In this document: one piece after another, positions 58,350-64,000 of the stretch
Layout: each line of letters starts with the position of its first letter
How positions within the stretch are numbered: the first letter of the stretch is position 1
Assembly: GCA_964016885.1 (NCBI GenBank)
Contig: OZ024740.1
Span: 346,704,001-346,768,000, forward strand
Direction of reading: 5' to 3'
From: Eledone cirrhosa
Taxonomy: Eukaryota
Length of the DNA: 64,000 nucleotides
The notes under the pieces: model-generated
What the model saw: the letters and a program-made list of their open reading frames with translations, nothing else
What the model was told of the DNA's origin: nothing
The model's database searches: none
Program-made: the position numbers and the translations under genes

Positions 58350-59831
58350 ATTAGACTTACCAATGATATTGACTACCTAGACAGCCATGACCTTAAACGT
58401 TTCTGCCCCAGTAGACCCATAAGAGGTAGCCCCCCCCTAACCATAACCTCAATGGCAAAAAAGACTCCCATGGGAAGGTGGATTGGGTGGACCAAACCTA
58501 TACGGGGCCCCCAAAACAATGATCAGGTAAGAAAAATGGTCGCACTTGCAATAGGGGCTATTATCAAAACTACCCTAAAGAGCCACATATTCAAATTCAA
58601 CGAGAAGATCTACACCCAAAATGAGGGAGCAGCCATTGGCATCAGCATAGCTGGTGACGTTGCCAACCATTTTATGGTATGGTGGGAAAGGAGACTCAAA
58701 GATCTCCTTGATGAGAGCTCCATAGACCTCATCATGTACTCTCGTTACGTAGACGACATCAATATAGTAATTAGGACATCCCCACAAGAGTGTACTAACA
58801 AGTTTGATTTAGAACGTAACACAATGGAAAGCATCCAGCAGATAGCTAATTCCATACACCAGAGTATAACTGTAACTATCGACTACCCTTCCAAACGCCC
58901 TAACAATAGACTACCTGTATTAGACACTGAACTCTGGATTAACACTATAGACGAGAGAGCACAAATTCTCCACTCACACTACGCTAAACCCATGGCCTCC
59001 AAATACCTGATACTCAAAATCACAGCAATGTCCAGTAGTGCTAAGTTTAATATTCTGATCGCAGACTTGGTACGAGTGATGAAGAACGTGTCCCGCATGT
59101 GCGACCCACCAGGAATGGAAAGGCACATCCAACACTTCATCAACCGCATGCAGTTCTCTGGCTACAACTAAAGAGACAGAATCAGAGTATACGAAGGAGC
59201 CACGGAGACACTCATAGAACTGGACATGAAAGGAATTTGCCCGTAATACAGGAGCAAATCATGGAATAGCTTAGATAGGACTAGAGATAAGATAGGGAAA
59301 GCCACCTCATGGTACGACAACCAGAGATACCAGAGTGTCATGTTTGTGGACGCTACCCCTGGAGGGAAATTAGCTAACCAGTGATCTTTGATCAGCAAAA
59401 CCTACCCTTTTAAGAAAACCCACCGTACTAATAGAAAATGTATTATATGTAAAGTAAACCCCGGATAAACTGTAAAACTACAAACGTAGTCTATAGCATA
59501 AGATGTACAGAGGGTACTTGCCGAAACATGACAACAACATACATAGGCGAGACAGCTCCTAGCATAGGTGAAAGGATAGAGCAACACTGGGGGGAACTAA
59601 AAGGACGAAAAAACGGTTCAGTGCTATACGAACATGCCAGTACTATACGAATACGACGGTAACATAGACAACGTAGAAATTAGAATAATATCTAAACATA
59701 GAAATGACCCAGCAGATAGGCAAATTAAAGAGGCCAGCGAAATAGAACTTAGAAGGCCAAGGCTAAACAGAAAAAATGAATGGAATAACAACAACACCCA
59801 AACAAACAATACTGACCTAAGAGAAGTATAA
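58350..59831 (+). pseudogene. PLE RT plus GIY-YIG, with stops and frameshifts
   Basis: HIFKFNEKIYTQNEGAAIGISIAGDVAN, YSRYVDDI, DYPSKRPNNRLPVLD, YAKPMAS; then CKTTNVVYSIRC..TYIGET..RQIKEASEIELRRPRLNRKNEW. The first ~130 aa of ORF 57957 is antisense read-through. Confidence 0.88.
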
Positions 59832-60060
59832 ATAAATAAATACATACACAAGCACAATAACAACAAACACATATAAACACACACTAGTAAACTAAGATAG
59901 AATACAATAACCAATACACAGTCACCCAAACACGAAAACACATCAAACACTATACACACACGCAAACGCATGCGCAGAGAAGACAAAACAAATAAATCAA
60001 TAAATAAACAGACTAAATAAAGATGGCGTAGGCATACAATACAACAGGAGGAAACATAGT

Positions 60061-60102
60061 ACCACTGATGATGTTGCAGATGTGCAACGAAAGAACTTTG
60101 TT
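60061..60102 (+). ncRNA. Minimal hammerhead in PLE 3' pLTR
   Basis: acca CTGATGA t gttgca-gatg-tgcaac GAAA g-aa-c TT tgtt. Stem I is weak. Confidence 0.65.
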
Positions 60103-60290
60103 AGACTATATATTTGTGTTTGTGTCTATATTATATTTGTATTTTTGATCGTTGGTCAGTCAATGGTAACATTGAGGACCGAATAAAATAAATTAACCGA
60201 TATAAAAGACACAGAAGCGAAAACCAACCAAATAGTGAGTGTGTTCTGTTATTAATTCTGGCAATATTATTACACAAATATGACCCACCC

Positions 60291-60342
<52 letters not shown>

Positions 60343-60602
60343 TATGTTTATATTTACCCTTAACTCAGACCCGATATTTCAGGCGTTTTTCCAGCCTTAA
60401 ACCCCATAATTTTTAGTGAATCTAGTAATATACTATTAATGTTTGAATCGGATTTTAGTGATATTCCTCTGCTATTTCTGGAAATCTGGAAGAAAAACTT
60501 ACTTCCTACTTTTATTTTAGTTTCACGGAAATGGTGTCTCGGAATTATTTGATTCATAATGTTTAATTCGAAAATTCCAAACCATTAAGTGTTTATTAAG
60601 CA

Positions 60603-62486
60603 CTAGCTCACGTACCCAGCTTCGCCCAGGTAAACAGATGATAAGAGAAGACAGGTAGTAGAGGAAATGATTGTATGTTTGTCTGGTTTATAGTATGAGG
60701 CGAGAGCGTGGTGTCTGTGCGTGACAAAAGAAAGCAAGAAAACAATAAAATATCTTCCAGATACACTAGATTCTTCCTTCTACCGTTCGTGTACAGTATA
60801 TGATGATTTCTAAGCGTTCCCAGTCGTGAAAACCCTACATATAGAGAGGGTGGAAGATTATTAGTTAGATATAGAGAAGGGGATAATAAGAGAGTGCCGC
60901 GTCGTTGATATATAGAGGGGAACAAATTAGTGACAATGAATAGAGTGATGGCGATTAGAAGAGAGTGTGGTGTGGTCGATATAGATATGGAGAGTTTAGT
61001 GGTGGTCTAAATAGAGAGGATATTGCGAGAGAGTGTTGTACGGAAGATATAGAGAGGGAGAGAGTTTAGTAGTTATGGATATAGAGAGTGATATAATGAG
61101 AAAGTGACATGTGGTAGATATAGAGAGGCGGGGAGTTTGATGTTAGTAGATATTGAAAGGGGGTTTGGGAAAAATATGTGTATGGTAGATATAGAGAGGG
61201 TGATAGTTTGGTTTAGTTATAGAGAGGATGTTTTGGAGAGATAAGTGTAGGGTATAGATATGGGGAGAGTGAAGTGGTTATGGATAGTGAGAGGGGTTTT
61301 AGGAGTAATACGTATGTTAGAGGGAGGGATTTTAATGGCAATGGATATAGAGCAGGTGCTGGGAGACATAATATCGTAATAGATATAGAGAGGGGGAAAG
61401 ATTATTGGTGTTAGATATAGAGAGGAGGATAAATAGAGAGATCGTGAGGTTCATGTAGAGAGGGGGAAGGTTTAGGTGTATTGTATAAAGTGAGTGGGGT
61501 TAGAATAGAGTGTCGTGTGGTAGATATAGTGAGGGAGAGAATTCGGTGGTAGAAGATATAGGAGGGGAGTTGGGAGAGATTGGTATATAGTAGTTATAGA
61601 GAGGGGGAGAGTTTAGTTGTTATGGATATAGAGAGGAGTATTAGAAGATAGTATATATATATGGCCCCACTCGGTCACGAATGACCATGGTTTTGCACCT
61701 AGAAAGTTTCCCTCTGAGGCACAAGCCTGAGCAAGGTTTGTTTTGTGGAATACCAGCAGTCGCCCATGCATACCAGCCTCCCCTCTCCACGCCACCGATG
61801 TTGACCAAGGGAAAGGCACTGACCGATACAGCTTGGCACCAGTGACATCGAAACTCATTTCTACAGCTGAGTAAACTGGAGCAATGTGAAATAAAGTGTC
61901 TTGCTCAATGACACAACGCATGACCCGGTCCGTGAATCGAACTCAAAACCTCTCAATTGCAAGCCCAATGCTCTAACCACTAAGCCATGCTCCTTCAGAA
62001 GATAGTGCCGTGTGATAAATATAGAGATGGGAGAGTTTGGTGGTTATGGATATAGAGCGGAAGATAATGAGAGTTTGCCCTGTGGTAGATATAGGGGGGA
62101 GAGACGGCTAATAGTAAATTTGGTGTTGGGAACGATAGGAGTATGACATATATAGAGAGGGAGATAGTTTAGTGATAATGAATATAGAGAGGGGTTTTGG
62201 GAGAAGTAATGTCATAATAGATATAGAGACGGGAGGCATTATTGGTGTTAGATATTAAGAGGGAGATAACTAGAGAGTACCGTGAGGTTTATAAAGTTTG
62301 AAGGTAGTAAATATAAAGAGGGGTGTTGGGAGAGAGTGTTATACGGTAGATATAGAGAGGGGGATAGTTTAGTTGTTATGGATATAGAGAGGGGTGTAGT
62401 TTAGTGGTTATGGATATAGAGAGGAGGATTAGAAGAGAGTGCCGTGTGGTAGATATAGAGAAGAAAAGAATTTGATATGTATTAGA
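60603..62486 (-). mobile_element. Non-autonomous Helitron with internal minisatellite
   Basis: The minus strand starts A|TCTAATACATATCAAA and ends cctgggcgaagctgggtacgtgagCTAG|T. The tagatatagagaggg repeats are homologous to 19380-20515. Confidence 0.78.
61653..61996 (-). mobile_element. Full-length tRNA-derived SINE (second family) nested in the Helitron
   Basis: A box tggcttagtgg, B box gagttcgattc and a (TA) tail. The 10-bp TSD agaagatagt is at 61643-61652 and 61997-62006. Confidence 0.9.
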
Positions 62487-62489
62487 TAT

Positions 62490-64000
62490 ATATTTCTATT
62501 TATTTGCCACCAGGGCATCAAAGATTGGGACAAATACAAAGGGGGGAGTTTACATACATTTAAAAAGACGTGTAAAAAACATATAACAAATTTAATTTAA
62601 CAATCGATGTCCTCAATAGGGAGGGGCGTTGACATGGGTCGCACACACCCCCGAAAAAATGTGCAACCCTCCTCTTCAGGAGCACAAAGAGCGGGTGATT
62701 TCTTCCTCTTCTCATTCTTCTCCTCTCTCACCTACAGGCTGATATAGAGAGAAGGCCCATTCACTCGGGCCATTCCCGCTACTTTAACCCATCTTTCATA
62801 AAACTTGCTGGGGTAGAGCACCTCTCTCTCCATTCTGATCCTTCTTCTAAAGGGGTACTTGAAAAAAAAGACCAGTTGTTGGCCGGAGAGAAAGGTGTCT
62901 GACCTCAGCCCTTTCAACCTTGTCCACCATACAACTTCTTTCGCCATGGCTATCACACATAGGAAAACCGCCTCTCCTTCGTTTTTGAAAGGGGGAGGCG
63001 GTTTGATCGTGACAATGTTCTCGGTGGTCAACCGGATTGGTCCCACCCGCGACAGTAGTCGTTCTACATAGCCCCACAGGTCAGCAACTCCCGGGCAGTG
63101 TACGAATGCGTGTGCGACGGTTTCCTCGTCACGCACGCATCTTGGACAGATCTTCTTCGAGGAGTCCTACCCGGGCGCCCGTGTCTGTAGAGCTTGTCCC
63201 GAACGGGTAGAGCTCCTCGGTAACATTGCCAAGCCAGGGACTTTTGGAAGTTGTCCATCGGTCCCGGGCCAAACGTCCTACCGAAGAGACTGGCCAGCTC
63301 GTCTTCCTCCATGCCCAGAGCCTCTCCGAGAGCGTCGTCGCACTTACTGCGCACCAACCCTCTATAGGATGTTGAGGTTGAGTCTACAGTGATTGCCGGA
63401 TCCGCCTGCCAGAGGGCCGTGAGCGCCTGGGCACATTCAATGTGCCAGTCGCCCACTTTTCTCGGTCTTTGCTTGACCCAGGATTGCAGCTCGGTGAGTG
63501 AGACGAGTCTCGGAAAGGCTCGCCTCACAAACAGGGCCCACACCGACTGACCGGTGAGGAATACCTGGAGGTACCGTAGCCTTGATGCGTGTCTACGCAT
63601 CGTCAGCCACGGCATCCCTAGCCCTCCGTTCGAAGGGTGTTGACAGCAGATGGATCTTCTCACCAAAGGAGCCCGCTTCTTCCAAAGAAATCGGAAGAGC
63701 GCGCGCTCCATTTTGGCGAGTGTTTTCTCTGGGCAAGGCACGACGGTCAAGCGGTAGTAGATGACGGACGCTATATAAGCGTTCGCCACCTCCGCTCGAT
63801 CTTTCAGGGATAGTTTGCACTCGGCCCACTTCTGGGCGAGTGCAAACACCTTGCCCGTTACCTCGTCCCAGTTTTTCTCCACCTGGAGGTCTGGTTCGAA
63901 CCAGACCCCGAGCAACTTCACCGGTCCCTCCTTCCAGCGTCCGACGATGCCGTCGGAGGGCATCGTTTTGCCCCTCCACGTCCCGAGTTGCAAACCGACG
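62490..64000 (-). mobile_element. Tx1/L1-clade LINE 3' end (RT C-terminus plus zf-RVT), running off the window
   Basis: VKLLGVWF, LSLKDRAEVAN, GGLGMP, LPVRDKLY and EETVAHAFVHCP..LWGYV, with a frameshift near 63140. GC-rich and relatively young. Confidence 0.9.

Larger units (their letters stand above)
57950..60293 (+). mobile_element. Penelope-like element (divergent RT type), 5'-truncated with two inverted 5' segments
   Basis: RT followed by GIY-YIG and a 3' pLTR with a hammerhead at 60061-60102. 58003-58050 is inverted at 60246-60293. (TA)n lies at both ends. Confidence 0.9.

Noticed and set aside
57957-59171. 404-aa ORF as an intact gene
   Set aside because: Its N-terminal ~130 aa is antisense inverted PLE sequence joined by chance in frame to a truncated RT.
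61920-61996. tRNA gene
   Set aside because: It is the tRNA-like head of a SINE with a body, tail and TSD. The same applies to 36610-36684 and 25404-25500.

Overview
This is AT-rich eukaryotic repeat DNA with no recognisable host gene, rRNA, true tRNA or CRISPR array. The tRNA-derived SINEs and the dense (TA)n/(CA)n runs suggest a cephalopod such as Octopus; that is an inference, not a database result. Most listed ORFs are microsatellite artefacts ([12 protein letters not shown]). The real coding remnants are all decayed retroelements: four Penelope-like elements (PLEs) with RT and/or GIY-YIG (3.35-6.5, 31.8-33.9, 47.1-50.7 and 57.95-60.3 kb), plus CR1-like, RTE-like, Tx1/L1-like, R4/Dong-like and CRE-like LINE fragments. 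There are also three non-autonomous Helitrons and many SINEs. The dominant signal is roughly 30 minimal type-I hammerhead ribozyme motifs, counted by eye, from a dozen or more unrelated sequence families. They lie in PLE pseudo-LTRs and in short non-coding fold-back or tandem elements bounded by (TA)n tracts. The window therefore looks like a (TA)n-targeted PLE/retrozyme-like ecosystem, and one family carries a compensatory U3-A8 core variant. All coordinates were read by eye and may be off by a few bases.
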